In this document: positions 9,215 through 17,703 of the stretch, in pieces
Position numbering within the stretch: position 1 is the stretch's first letter
Layout: each line of letters opens with the position of its first letter
Assembly: GCA_021801645.1 (NCBI GenBank)
Contig: JAJYXT010000051.1
Location: 1,451-65,450, forward strand
DNA from: a bacterium
GTDB taxonomy: Bacteria; Chloroflexota; Dormibacteria; Aeolococcales; Bog-877
Reading direction: 5' to 3'
DNA: 64,000 nucleotides
Notes under the pieces: model-generated
What the model saw: only the letters and a program-made list of their open reading frames with translations
Told to the model about the DNA's origin: nothing
The model's database searches: none
Program-made: the position numbers and the translations under genes

Positions 9215-10667
9215 TCTGCTCCCAGTCGGTGACCGTGGAGAGGAAGCGGGCCACCTCGGCTCGCTTCATCATGATCACGAAGTCGACGATCTCCCGCCCC
9301 AGCTTCTCGCGGAAGAAGGCGTCCCGGTCGAGGGCGTCAACCGCCTCCCAGAGGGAGGCGGGGAGCGGTGTGGCCTCGGCGGCATAGGGGTCAGAGGTGA
9401 CCATGGGCGGAGGCTCCAGCTGGCGGCGGATGCCGTCCAGCCCGGCGGCGATGTTGGCTGCCATGTAGAGGTAGGGATTGGCGGCAGGCTCTCCCAGCCG
9501 GTTCTCCAGATGGGAGCCGGGGTCTCCGGGCTGGCCCTGGACCCGGAGCATGGCGCCCCGGTTCTCCAGCGCCCAGGCCACCCGGTCGGGGGCGAACGAG
9601 TAGGGGCGGAAGCGCTTGAACCCGTTGATGGTGGGCGTGGAGAAGACGGTCATGGGCACGGCGTGCTCCAGGATGCCGGCGGCGAACTGCCGCCCCACGT
9701 CCGACAGCACCTCCTTCGGCCCTCCCTGGAAGGCGTTCTTCCCCCCCTTGAGGTTGCGCAGCGACTCGTGCAGGTGCCACCCGCTGGATGAGACGTTGGG
9801 CAGCAGGGGCCGGCACATGAAGGTGGCGTGGTAGCCCATCCGGTGGCAGACCTGCTTGATAGCCGAGCGCATCAGGATCATGGCGTCGGCGGAGCCCAGG
9901 CCAGGCATGGGGTCGAAGGTGATCTCGGTCTGACCCGGGCCCCACTCGTCCTCGATGCTGCGCAGCGGCAGCCCGATCGCCTCCAGGTGGTCCCGCAGCG
10001 GGTTGAGGATCTCGTCCAGCTGGGCGAGGCGGATCTCTGAGAGGTACTGGTAGCCCTGGGCCACCATGCTCACCGGGGGCGCCACTGGGGGCCATCCGGT
10101 CTGGTCGGGGGCGATCCGGGTCCACTCCCGGCGGGTGATGTAGAACTCCACCTCCAGCCCGCTGACGTACTCGAAGCCCATCTCAGCCGCAGCCTGCAGC
10201 TGGTGGCGCATAACCAGCCGGGTGGAGAGCGGGACCTCCTTGCCGTTGCCGAAGTACATGTCGCAGAGGACCCAACCGGTGGAGTCCGCCCAGGGCAGGA
10301 CCCGGAAGGTCGTGGGGTCGGGGACCAGCACCACGTCAGGGAACCCGGTCAACTCGGGGATGCCCAGTCCGCCCCCCTCCACAAACAGGGGTGGGAAGAC
10401 GTGGTTGGCCGAGTCCATGCTCAGCAGGGCACCGGAGAAGTCCATGCCGTTGCGCATGGAGAGGACGAAGTCCCGGGCGGAGATGAACTTGCCGCGGAGC
10501 GCCCCGTGCTGATCGGCCCACATCGCCCGCACCGTGCGGATCCCCTGGTCCGAGACCTGCGACTCCGCCCGCTCGGCGGCGGCACCCTTGGCCTCATCGT
10601 AGAGACCGTGCTCGGCCACAAAGCCCACCTTGCCCATGGCCAGATCCTGGCTGGGGATGGTCGTCAT
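9192..10667 (-). CDS. Glutamine synthetase family protein (gamma-glutamyl-amine ligase-like, GlnA3/PuuA-like)
   Basis: GS catalytic-domain signatures are present: ATFMCRPL, SSGWHLHESL, NRGAMLRV. Length is 491 aa. Confidence 0.8.
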   Translation of the reverse strand: MTTIPSQDLAMGKVGFVAEHGLYDEAKGAAAERAESQVSDQGIRTVRAMWADQHGALRGKFISARDFVLSMRNGMDFSGALLSMDSANHVFPPLFVEGGGLGIPELTGFPDVVLVPDPTTFRVLPWADSTGWVLCDMYFGNGKEVPLSTRLVMRHQLQAAAEMGFEYVSGLEVEFYITRREWTRIAPDQTGWPPVAPPVSMVAQGYQYLSEIRLAQLDEILNPLRDHLEAIGLPLRSIEDEWGPGQTEITFDPMPGLGSADAMILMRSAIKQVCHRMGYHATFMCRPLLPNVSSSGWHLHESLRNLKGGKNAFQGGPKEVLSDVGRQFAAGILEHAVPMTVFSTPTINGFKRFRPYSFAPDRVAWALENRGAMLRVQGQPGDPGSHLENRLGEPAANPYLYMAANIAAGLDGIRRQLEPPPMVTSDPYAAEATPLPASLWEAVDALDRDAFFREKLGREIVDFVIMMKRAEVARFLSTVTDWEQNEYFEFF

Positions 10668-10703
10668 CGCGCCCTCCTTCTCATTGCTTCTGCCGGCGAA
10701 GGC

Positions 10704-11426
10704 TCAGCCGCCACCCCGCGATCCGGACGTGGCCACCTCGTGTTCTCCCACCTCCACCGTGCTGCCCACGGGAACCAGCCGCCGGTCCGTCGCCCCGGGG
10801 AAGCAGAGTTCGAATACGGCCTGGTCGCCGGAGTGGAGGGCTGTGGCGGCCACCTGCGCCTCCGCGAGCTCGAACCTCCACATGGCGTTCATGGTGGATC
10901 CGGCGTAGGCCAGGGCCGGACCACTGGAGGGAAGGTAGCCGAAGTTGGCCGTCCCGCCGAGCCGGCGGTGAACCTCGATGAGCGCCGACTCCGCCCCCCA
11001 GCCCCCCTGCAGCAGCCGCTGGAGCAACCGGAACCCCACCTCGCTGTCCGCCCGGCCCTGCAGCAGACCGGCAAAGCTCTGGCGTTCCTCGTCGGCCCCG
11101 TCGAGCCGGCCGTTGTGACAGAAGGCGAACTCGCCCCCTTCGGTCCGGAACGGCTGGGTGTCGGCGAGGGAGATCTGGGATAGGTTGGACGGGCGACGGA
11201 GGTGGACCAGGAAGTGGGTGGAGCGCACCGCGGCGGTCTGCGCCCGTCCCTCTGGGTCCTGGGCCAGAGAGCTGGGATGCCGGTGGCTGCGGACCTCCCC
11301 GTCCTCCCTCCACGCGACACCCCACCCGTACCCTCCGAGGCCGAAACGCTCCAGACTCTCCACCCACGGCAGGGCGGCCGCGAAGGGGGTTGGCTCAGGC
11401 CAGGCCACGAGAAGCACTTCACACAC
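10704..11426 (-). CDS. Class II (Ntn) glutamine amidotransferase-like protein
   Basis: The protein begins MCEVLL (Cys2 nucleophile after Met removal), followed by FLVHLRRPS and FCHNG. Confidence 0.7.
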   Translation of the reverse strand: MCEVLLVAWPEPTPFAAALPWVESLERFGLGGYGWGVAWREDGEVRSHRHPSSLAQDPEGRAQTAAVRSTHFLVHLRRPSNLSQISLADTQPFRTEGGEFAFCHNGRLDGADEERQSFAGLLQGRADSEVGFRLLQRLLQGGWGAESALIEVHRRLGGTANFGYLPSSGPALAYAGSTMNAMWRFELAEAQVAATALHSGDQAVFELCFPGATDRRLVPVGSTVEVGEHEVATSGSRGGG

Positions 11427-11431
11427 TCAGG

Positions 11432-12028
11432 TCAAGCTCCACGACGACGGCCGGCCGCGCCCCCCCGACCCGGGGGTGGCTCCGCCTTACGGGCGGCCAG
11501 CAACTGCTGGGCCAGCTCCAGGTCGAAGGCCTTGGGGGGGTGATCGGTGAGCGACAGGAGGGTCTCGGTGCGGTGCACCCCGGGAACCTTCCAGACCCGG
11601 TCGAACAGGCAGTCCCGCAGATGCTGCTGGTCCCGCACCCGGAGCCGCACCAGGAGGTCGGAGGACCCGGTCACTATCTCCACCCGCTCCACTTCGGGCA
11701 GGGCGTTCAGCGCGGCCACCGTCTCGCGCTGCTCCCATCCCTGAACTCCGGTCACCGCCACGAAGGCGGTCACCCCGAATCCCAGGCGTCCCCAGTCGAC
11801 GATCGCCCGATATCCCTGGATGACCCCGGAGCGCTCCAGCCGGGCGATTCGCTCGGCCACCGCCGGAGCTGACATCCCGACCTGCTTGGCGATCTGGCGC
11901 ACCGAGCCGCGCGCGTCCGTGAGCAGGTTGACCAGGATGGCGAGGTCTACGGCGTCGGCCGTGGCCGGCGGCACAGGCTCCACGCCCCGGTTGCCATTGG
12001 TAAGGTGTTTCTCCGCAGCCGCCATCAC
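11432..12028 (-). CDS. Lrp/AsnC-family transcriptional regulator
   Basis: It has the HTH SVRQIAKQVGMSAPAVAERIARLERSGVI followed by a RAM-type ligand domain (VTAFVAV...VERVEIVTGSSDLLVRLRV). A Pro/Gly/Arg-rich C-terminal tail is present. Confidence 0.8.
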   Translation of the reverse strand: MMAAAEKHLTNGNRGVEPVPPATADAVDLAILVNLLTDARGSVRQIAKQVGMSAPAVAERIARLERSGVIQGYRAIVDWGRLGFGVTAFVAVTGVQGWEQRETVAALNALPEVERVEIVTGSSDLLVRLRVRDQQHLRDCLFDRVWKVPGVHRTETLLSLTDHPPKAFDLELAQQLLAARKAEPPPGRGGAAGRRRGA

Positions 12029-12055
12029 TTGGCGGTCCAGCGCTCGGTCCTCACC

Positions 12056-12083
12056 CTTACATCATAGCGGGTACTGGTATAAT
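12056..12083 (+). promoter_or_regulatory. Candidate sigma70/SigA-type promoter for the cupin-SDR-ilvE operon
   Basis: There is a perfect extended -10, TGgTATAAT (TG at 12075-12076, TATAAT at 12078-12083). A TTACA-type -35 (12057-12061) lies about 16 nt upstream. It sits in the Lrp/cupin divergent intergenic region, about 70 nt before the ATG at 12153. Confidence 0.5.
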
Positions 12084-12152
12084 CTGGCCTTCAATGTTGT
12101 GCTCGGGGCCCCGGTGGGCTTGGCGCCCGGAGGAGCCGGGGGGAGATCGAAC

Positions 12153-12572
12153 ATGAGCCTTGCCGACCAGTACTTCAGCCAGGTGGGGTCGGGCCGCCCG
12201 CCCACCGCGCCGGGACGCTTCGAGGACCTGGCCCGCGGCGGTGATCCCGTCCAGTTCGTCCCGGGGTTGGAATTCCGCTATCTGTTGGGCGAGCGAACCA
12301 TGCTCATGGCAGTTCACTTCGAGCCCCACACCGAGGCCCCCCGGCACGTTCATGACGAGGAGCAGATCACCCTGGTGATCGAGGGTGAGCTGGAGTTCGA
12401 GCTGGACGGGGAGACCCGGACGCTTCAGCCGGGCCAGGTGGCGGTGATCCCGGCCAACGTGCCCCATGCGGCCCGCACCCACGCCAAGTCCTGCCTGGAG
12501 TACGACGTTTTCAACCCTCCGCGGCAGGCGCTCCTGGACCTGGCGGATGCCGCCCGCCAAGCGGCGGATTAG
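12153..12572 (+). CDS. Cupin domain protein
   Basis: Trimmed to the ATG at 12153. The cupin motifs are HVHDEEQITLVIEGELEFELDGE and GQVAVIPANVPHAA. Confidence 0.7.
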   Translation: MSLADQYFSQVGSGRPPTAPGRFEDLARGGDPVQFVPGLEFRYLLGERTMLMAVHFEPHTEAPRHVHDEEQITLVIEGELEFELDGETRTLQPGQVAVIPANVPHAARTHAKSCLEYDVFNPPRQALLDLADAARQAAD

Positions 12573-12575
12573 GGG

Positions 12576-13358
12576 TTGGAGCTCGGCCTCCAGGGACGGC
12601 GGGCGCTGGTGACCGGGGGGTCCAAGGGGATCGGCTACGCGATCGCTGAGGAGCTGCTGCGGGAGGGGGCGGCGGTGGCGGTCTGCGCCCGCCATGCGGA
12701 GGAGCTCAGCTCGGCCGCTCGGGAGCTGGGGAAGGTGGGGGCGCCCGTCTTCGATCTGGTAGCGGATGTGACCCGGGCCACCGAGGTGGAGGAGCTGGTG
12801 GAGGATGCGGCTGGGAAGCTGGGCGGGCTGGACATCCTGGTGAACAACGCCGGCCGCGCCCACCCAGGAACGTTCGCCACCCTCACCGACGAGGACTTCC
12901 GGGAGGACCTGGAGGTCAAGCTCTTCTCCCAAATCCGCTGCAGCCGGGCCGCCCTCCCCCACTTGCGTCGCGCAGACGCGGGAACGATCATCAACATCAA
13001 CGCCATCTACGGGCGCCAGCCCGATCCCGCCTTCTTCGCCACCACCGTGGACCGGGCAGCCTGCCTGGCTCTGAGCAAGGCTCTGGCGATGGAGCTGGGG
13101 CGGGAGGGGATCCGGGTGAACAGCGTCAACATCGGCTTCGTGCGCACCCCGCAATGGGAGAACATCCACCGCCTCAAGGCGCCCGAGAGGGGACTGGAGC
13201 AGTTCCTCGCCGGCGTCGCGGAGCCGGAGGTTCCCCTGGGTCGGTTCGGCGAGCCGGGCGAGGTGGCCGGCCTGGTCGCGTTCCTGGCCAGCTCGCGGGC
13301 CAGCTATATCAGCGGGGCGTCCATCGACGTCTCTGGAGGCATGGGGAGGTACGTATGA
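12576..13358 (+). CDS. SDR-family protein (Rossmann fold, atypical active site)
   Basis: TGGSKGIGYAI (TGxxxGxG) and NNAG are present. At the expected Ser...YxxxK positions I read NINA...TTVDR, so the catalytic triad looks substituted. TTG start. Confidence 0.7.
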   Translation: MELGLQGRRALVTGGSKGIGYAIAEELLREGAAVAVCARHAEELSSAARELGKVGAPVFDLVADVTRATEVEELVEDAAGKLGGLDILVNNAGRAHPGTFATLTDEDFREDLEVKLFSQIRCSRAALPHLRRADAGTIININAIYGRQPDPAFFATTVDRAACLALSKALAMELGREGIRVNSVNIGFVRTPQWENIHRLKAPERGLEQFLAGVAEPEVPLGRFGEPGEVAGLVAFLASSRASYISGASIDVSGGMGRYV

Positions 13359-14311
13359 CAGTGCCGGGCGAGATCGTGTACTTCGAGGGTCGCTTCGTGC
13401 CCCAGGCGGAGGCCAGGGTGCCCATCACCACCCACGCCTTCAACTACGGGACCGGCTGTTTCGAGGGGATCAGGGCCTACTGGAGCCCCCGTCAGGAACG
13501 GCTCAACGTGGTGCGCCTACGGGAACACGCCGAACGGCTCCTGCGCTCCGCCCACATCCTGCACCTGGAGCCGCCCACGGAGCTCACGGTGGAGCGGGTG
13601 GGCGAGGTGGTGGTGGAGCTGTTGGCCCGCAACGGCTACCGGGAGGATGTCTACGTCCGGCCCATCCTCTACAAGTCGGGGGCCACCATCAAGGTGACCC
13701 TCTCCGGCATCAGCAGCAACCTCTGCATCTACACCCTGCCCTTCGGCGACTACCTGGACATCCGCTCCGGCCTGCGGGTCATGATCTCGGCCTGGAGGCG
13801 GATCGACGACAACTCCATCCCCAGCCGGGCCAAGCCCACCGGCGCCTATCTCAATGCCGCCCTGGCCTCGGACGAGGCCAGAGCCCGGGGCTTCGACGAG
13901 GCCATCATGCTCACCCAGGACGGGCACGTGTCGGAGGCGTCATCCTCCAACCTCTTCCTGGTCGAGCAGGGGGTCCTGGTCACCCCCCAGGCGCAGGACG
14001 ACGTGCTGGTGGGCATCACCCGGGACTGCGTGCTGGCGCTGGCCCGGGAGCGGGGCCTCGAGGTCGAGGTGCGCCGGGTGGACCGCAGTGAGCTGCTCTC
14101 CGCGGACGAGGCCTTCCTGGCCGGCACCGGGGTGCAGATCGCCCCGGTCACCGAGGTGGATGGCCGGACCATCGGAGGGGGTGCGCTGGGGCCGGTGACC
14201 AGGGAGCTGCAGGACGCCTATCTCTCGGTGGTGCGCGGCGAGACCGATTCCTGGCAGGAGTGGCTGACCCCGGTGGGCGCGCCGGAGACGGCGGAAGCCG
14301 GGAGGGCCTGA
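13355..14311 (+). CDS. ilvE: Branched-chain amino acid aminotransferase (class IV PLP enzyme)
   Basis: The ATG at 13355 overlaps the SDR stop (ATGA). FNYGTGCFEGIRAY, SRAKPTGAYLN and EASSSNLFLV are class IV aminotransferase signatures. Confidence 0.8.
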   Translation: MTVPGEIVYFEGRFVPQAEARVPITTHAFNYGTGCFEGIRAYWSPRQERLNVVRLREHAERLLRSAHILHLEPPTELTVERVGEVVVELLARNGYREDVYVRPILYKSGATIKVTLSGISSNLCIYTLPFGDYLDIRSGLRVMISAWRRIDDNSIPSRAKPTGAYLNAALASDEARARGFDEAIMLTQDGHVSEASSSNLFLVEQGVLVTPQAQDDVLVGITRDCVLALARERGLEVEVRRVDRSELLSADEAFLAGTGVQIAPVTEVDGRTIGGGALGPVTRELQDAYLSVVRGETDSWQEWLTPVGAPETAEAGRA

Positions 14312-14312
14312 G

Positions 14313-14717
14313 GTGGCGATGGTGAAGCTGGTCGAGGAGGCGGAGGCCACCGGCCTGGTGAGGGAGGTCTACGAGGAGATCATGTCCTCGCGCAACCTCG
14401 CCCGGGTGCCCAATTACTGGAAGGCGCTGGCCCACCAGCCGGAGTACCTGGCCGCCACCTGGAACAAGCTCAAGGCGGTGATGGCTGAGGGCCGGCTGGA
14501 TCGGCGCACCAAGGAGATCATCGCGGTGGCGGTATCAGCCACCAACAACTGCTCCTACTGCCTCTCCAGCCACACCGACGCCCTGCGCCAGATGGGCTTC
14601 GACGACGCCGACCTCCTGGAGCTGATGGCGGTGGTGGACTTCTTCAACGGCTCCAACGCGGTCGCCTCGGGTCTGAAGGTGGAGTACGAGCCCCCGGTGT
14701 TCCGGGAGCCCAGCTGA
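14313..14717 (+). CDS. Carboxymuconolactone decarboxylase (AhpD-like) family protein
   Basis: A CSYCLSSH (CxxC-x2-H) motif is present. It begins 2 nt after the ilvE stop. Confidence 0.7.
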   Translation: MAMVKLVEEAEATGLVREVYEEIMSSRNLARVPNYWKALAHQPEYLAATWNKLKAVMAEGRLDRRTKEIIAVAVSATNNCSYCLSSHTDALRQMGFDDADLLELMAVVDFFNGSNAVASGLKVEYEPPVFREPS

Positions 14718-14748
14718 TGGCCGGCCGGCCGGGTTCGGGAGACGCCAG

Positions 14749-15846
14749 ATGATCGACAGCCACGGACACCCCGTGTCCGAGACGGGAGGACCGCTGGATC
14801 TCTCGTCGATCAACGTTCAGCTGGCGGAAAGCGCGGACGAGCGGGCGGAGAGGGCCCGGAGCAGCCCTTCGCGGCTGAGCCACGAGATCCTCTCAGTCCG
14901 GCTGGCACGGTATCTGGGCTGCGATGTGGAGGAGGTGGGCGAGGCTCGTGGCCGGGCCAGCTCGGACTGGCCGGGGTACGTGCGCGGCCTGTTCGCGGAC
15001 GCCGGGATCAACGGCGTGGTCCTAGACCCGGGGTGGAAGCTGGATGCCACCACCGCCCAGGCCGAGCGCTTCTCGGAGCTGATCGGCTGCCCGGTGCGGC
15101 CAATCCTGCGGCTGGAGCCGCTGATCGACCAGATGATCCGGGACGGCGCCGGCGCCCAGGAGGTGTTCTTCGCGGTACAGGAGGCGGTCCGGCAGGCTCC
15201 CGGCAGTGGCTACCGGGGATTCAAGACGATCATCGCCTACCGGACCGGCCTCCGGGTGGACCCTGAGGCCAATCTGGAGAGGGCGCAGCGGTCGCTGGAC
15301 CAGACCCGAGGCATGCCCCCGAGGCGGCGGGGGAAGGCCCTGCGGGACCTCGTCCTCCGCTCCGCCCTGGGCTGGGCGGCGGAGATGGGAATGCCCTTCC
15401 AGATCCACACCGGTTTCGGGGACTCGGAGATCCGCCTCAGCGAGGCCAATCCCCTCCTTCTGGAGGAGCTGCTGCAGACTCCCGAGGGTAGGGCGGCCAC
15501 CATCGTGCTCATCCACGGCTCCTACCCCTGGCACGAGGAGCTGGCCTTCCTCACCCTGGCCCGGCCTAATGTGTACGCGGAGATCTCCGAGTTCAACCTC
15601 TACACCGTCGGCACCGTGGCCCAGAGGCTGGAGCAGATCCTCGACTTCGCCCCCACCTCGAGGGTCCTCTGTGGCACAGATGGGCACGGGCACCCCGAGA
15701 CCTACTGGTTCGGGGCCAAGGTGCTCCAGGAGGCCTGGGCCACGGTGCGCCGCCGCTGGGCCGACCAGGGCGCTCGGAGCGGCTGGCTCGAGGCCGTTGA
15801 GCAGGACATCATGGAGCGCAACACGGCTCGCCTGTACGGCTTCTGA
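14749..15846 (+). CDS. Amidohydrolase-family metal-dependent hydrolase
   Basis: The N-terminal MIDSHGHP (HxH metal site) and later IHTGFGD, LIHGSYPW and GTDGHG fit the TIM-barrel amidohydrolase pattern. Confidence 0.7.
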   Translation: MIDSHGHPVSETGGPLDLSSINVQLAESADERAERARSSPSRLSHEILSVRLARYLGCDVEEVGEARGRASSDWPGYVRGLFADAGINGVVLDPGWKLDATTAQAERFSELIGCPVRPILRLEPLIDQMIRDGAGAQEVFFAVQEAVRQAPGSGYRGFKTIIAYRTGLRVDPEANLERAQRSLDQTRGMPPRRRGKALRDLVLRSALGWAAEMGMPFQIHTGFGDSEIRLSEANPLLLEELLQTPEGRAATIVLIHGSYPWHEELAFLTLARPNVYAEISEFNLYTVGTVAQRLEQILDFAPTSRVLCGTDGHGHPETYWFGAKVLQEAWATVRRRWADQGARSGWLEAVEQDIMERNTARLYGF

Positions 15847-15874
15847 CCTGAGCCGGGGGCGCCACCCGCAGTCG

Positions 15875-16072
15875 TCAGGCGGCCGGTGGGCGCCCTCGGC
15901 GTGCCGGCGGGCCGGCACGCTCCGGCATCCGACCTGCCTGCCTCAGCGCCTGGCGCAGCAGCACCTCGATCTGGGCGTTCACGCTCCGCAGCTCGTCGGC
16001 GGCCCAGCGGGCGAGGGCTTCGTGGACCGCCGGGTCCATGCGCAGGAGTACCGGCTTGCGTTCCGCCGCCAT
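15875..16072 (-). CDS. Small ribbon-helix-helix (Arc/MetJ-like) protein
   Basis: This is a 65-aa [41 protein letters not shown] has a beta-strand plus two-helix RHH pattern. Its ATG directly abuts the SPFH stop (TGAATG). Confidence 0.5.
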   Translation of the reverse strand: MAAERKPVLLRMDPAVHEALARWAADELRSVNAQIEVLLRQALRQAGRMPERAGPPARRGRPPAA

Positions 16073-17002
16073 TCACGGATAGAGGGTGCCGGCGTTCACC
16101 ACCGGCGATGCCGGCTGGTCGCTGCAGAGCACCACCATGAGGTTGCTCACCATCGCCGCCTTGCGCTCCTCGTCAAGCTCCACGATCCCGCGCCGATTGA
16201 GCTGGTCCAGGGCCATCTCCACCATCCCCACCGCCCCGTCTACGATCCGCTCCCGCGCCGCCACCACCGCGCCAGCCTGTTGCCGTCTCAGCATCGCCTG
16301 GGCGATCTCTGCAGCGTAGGCCAGGTGGCTGATGCGGACCTCCACGATCTCCACCCCGGCGATGGCCACCCGGTCGGCCACCTCCTCCTCGAGCTCGTGG
16401 GCGACCTGGTCTATGGAGCCGCGGAGCGAGATCCCCTGACCCACCGGCTCGTCGTAAGGGTGGGTGGTGGCCACGTGTCGGAGGGCGGACTCCGACTGCA
16501 CCCGCACGAAGTTCAGGTAGTCCTCCACCGCGTAGACCGCTCGGGCGGTGTCCGCCACCTGCCAGACCACGATGGCGGCGATCTCCACCGGGTTGCCGTC
16601 GGCATCGTTGACCTTCAGGTGGCCGGTCTCGAAGTTCCTCACCCTGACGCTGACCCGCCGGCGCACGGTGAGAGGCAGGGTCCAGGAGAAGCCGGTGGTG
16701 CGCACCGTGCCCACGTAGCTACCGAAGAAGCGCACCACCTGGGTCTGGCCAGGCTGAACGACCACCAGGGAGGCAGCGACCACGGCCGCCGCCACCAGGA
16801 GAACCACGGCGCCGACCGACTGTCCGGCGTCGAACAGGTAGTGAGCGGCAATGATGGCGGCCACGATGGCCAGCACCCCGAGCCAGCCGTTCAGAGCCGG
16901 TGCCGCCCGCTCCTCCACTGCGACGCGCGCCGGCTGCCGACCAGCTCGCAACTCCGCCGGTCCCGTTCCGGCCGACCCTTCGCTCTTCATGGCCTCTCCC
17001 AC
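16073..17002 (-). CDS. SPFH/Band 7 (stomatin/prohibitin-like) membrane protein
   Basis: It has an N-terminal TM pair followed by the SPFH core ([67 protein letters not shown]). Confidence 0.8.
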   Translation of the reverse strand: MGEAMKSEGSAGTGPAELRAGRQPARVAVEERAAPALNGWLGVLAIVAAIIAAHYLFDAGQSVGAVVLLVAAAVVAASLVVVQPGQTQVVRFFGSYVGTVRTTGFSWTLPLTVRRRVSVRVRNFETGHLKVNDADGNPVEIAAIVVWQVADTARAVYAVEDYLNFVRVQSESALRHVATTHPYDEPVGQGISLRGSIDQVAHELEEEVADRVAIAGVEIVEVRISHLAYAAEIAQAMLRRQQAGAVVAARERIVDGAVGMVEMALDQLNRRGIVELDEERKAAMVSNLMVVLCSDQPASPVVNAGTLYP

Positions 17003-17087
17003 TGCTCGCCGAGATAAATCGATATCACAGAGCTATCATAGCCCACGGCCCGCGGTGTCGGGGCCGGGGGCCGGGGAGGCAGGATCC

Positions 17088-17672
17088 TCAGCCGGCGGAG
17101 GAGGAGGGGGTGACGGCCCTCCCCAGGTCGTGAAACTCGGGATTGGGCCGAAGGTCGAGGGCGAGGGCCATCCGGTTGGCCAGGGCGAAAAGGGCCACGA
17201 CCGCGGAGATGTCCCAGATCTCCTCCTCTCCGAACCCGGCGGCGAACAGGGAGTCCCGGTCCGGCTCACCCACCAGCTCGGGGGTCAGGGAGAGCTTCAG
17301 AGCGTAGTCGAGCATGGCGCGCTGGCGGGCGCTGATCGGAGCGAGCCGATGGTTCACCGCCAGCAGATCGGAGATGTGGGGATCGCGGGCCCGCACCCGG
17401 AGGATGGCTCCGTGGGCGATGACGCAGTAGGGACAGCTGCGCGCCGCGCTGGTGACCACCACGATCATCTCGCGCTCAGCCTTGCTCAGACCGTCCCGGC
17501 GGTCCATCACCGCGTCGTGGTAGTCCATGAAGGCCCGCAGCTCCGCCGGCCGGTGGCCGAGGGCCAGCAGCACGTTGGGGACGAAGCCCGTGCGGGAGGC
17601 GATCTCCCCCACCCGCTCGGCGAGATCCGGGGGCAGATCCTCCAACTGCGGGACCGGGAACCTACTGATCAT
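17088..17672 (-). CDS. Peroxidase-related AhpD-family protein
   Basis: Trimmed to the ATG at 17670-17672 (MISRFPVPQLEDLPPDL) with GAGGAGGAG upstream. A CPYCVIAH motif is present. Confidence 0.75.
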   Translation of the reverse strand: MISRFPVPQLEDLPPDLAERVGEIASRTGFVPNVLLALGHRPAELRAFMDYHDAVMDRRDGLSKAEREMIVVVTSAARSCPYCVIAHGAILRVRARDPHISDLLAVNHRLAPISARQRAMLDYALKLSLTPELVGEPDRDSLFAAGFGEEEIWDISAVVALFALANRMALALDLRPNPEFHDLGRAVTPSSSAG

Positions 17673-17703
17673 GGTCTCCTCCTCATGTCGCCCGGCAGCG
17701 CGG

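Noticed and set aside
10808-10815. A GTTCGAAT string resembling a tRNA T-loop.
   Set aside because: It lies inside the well-supported GATase CDS. No flanking acceptor or anticodon stem complementarity is evident. No tRNA is called anywhere in the window.
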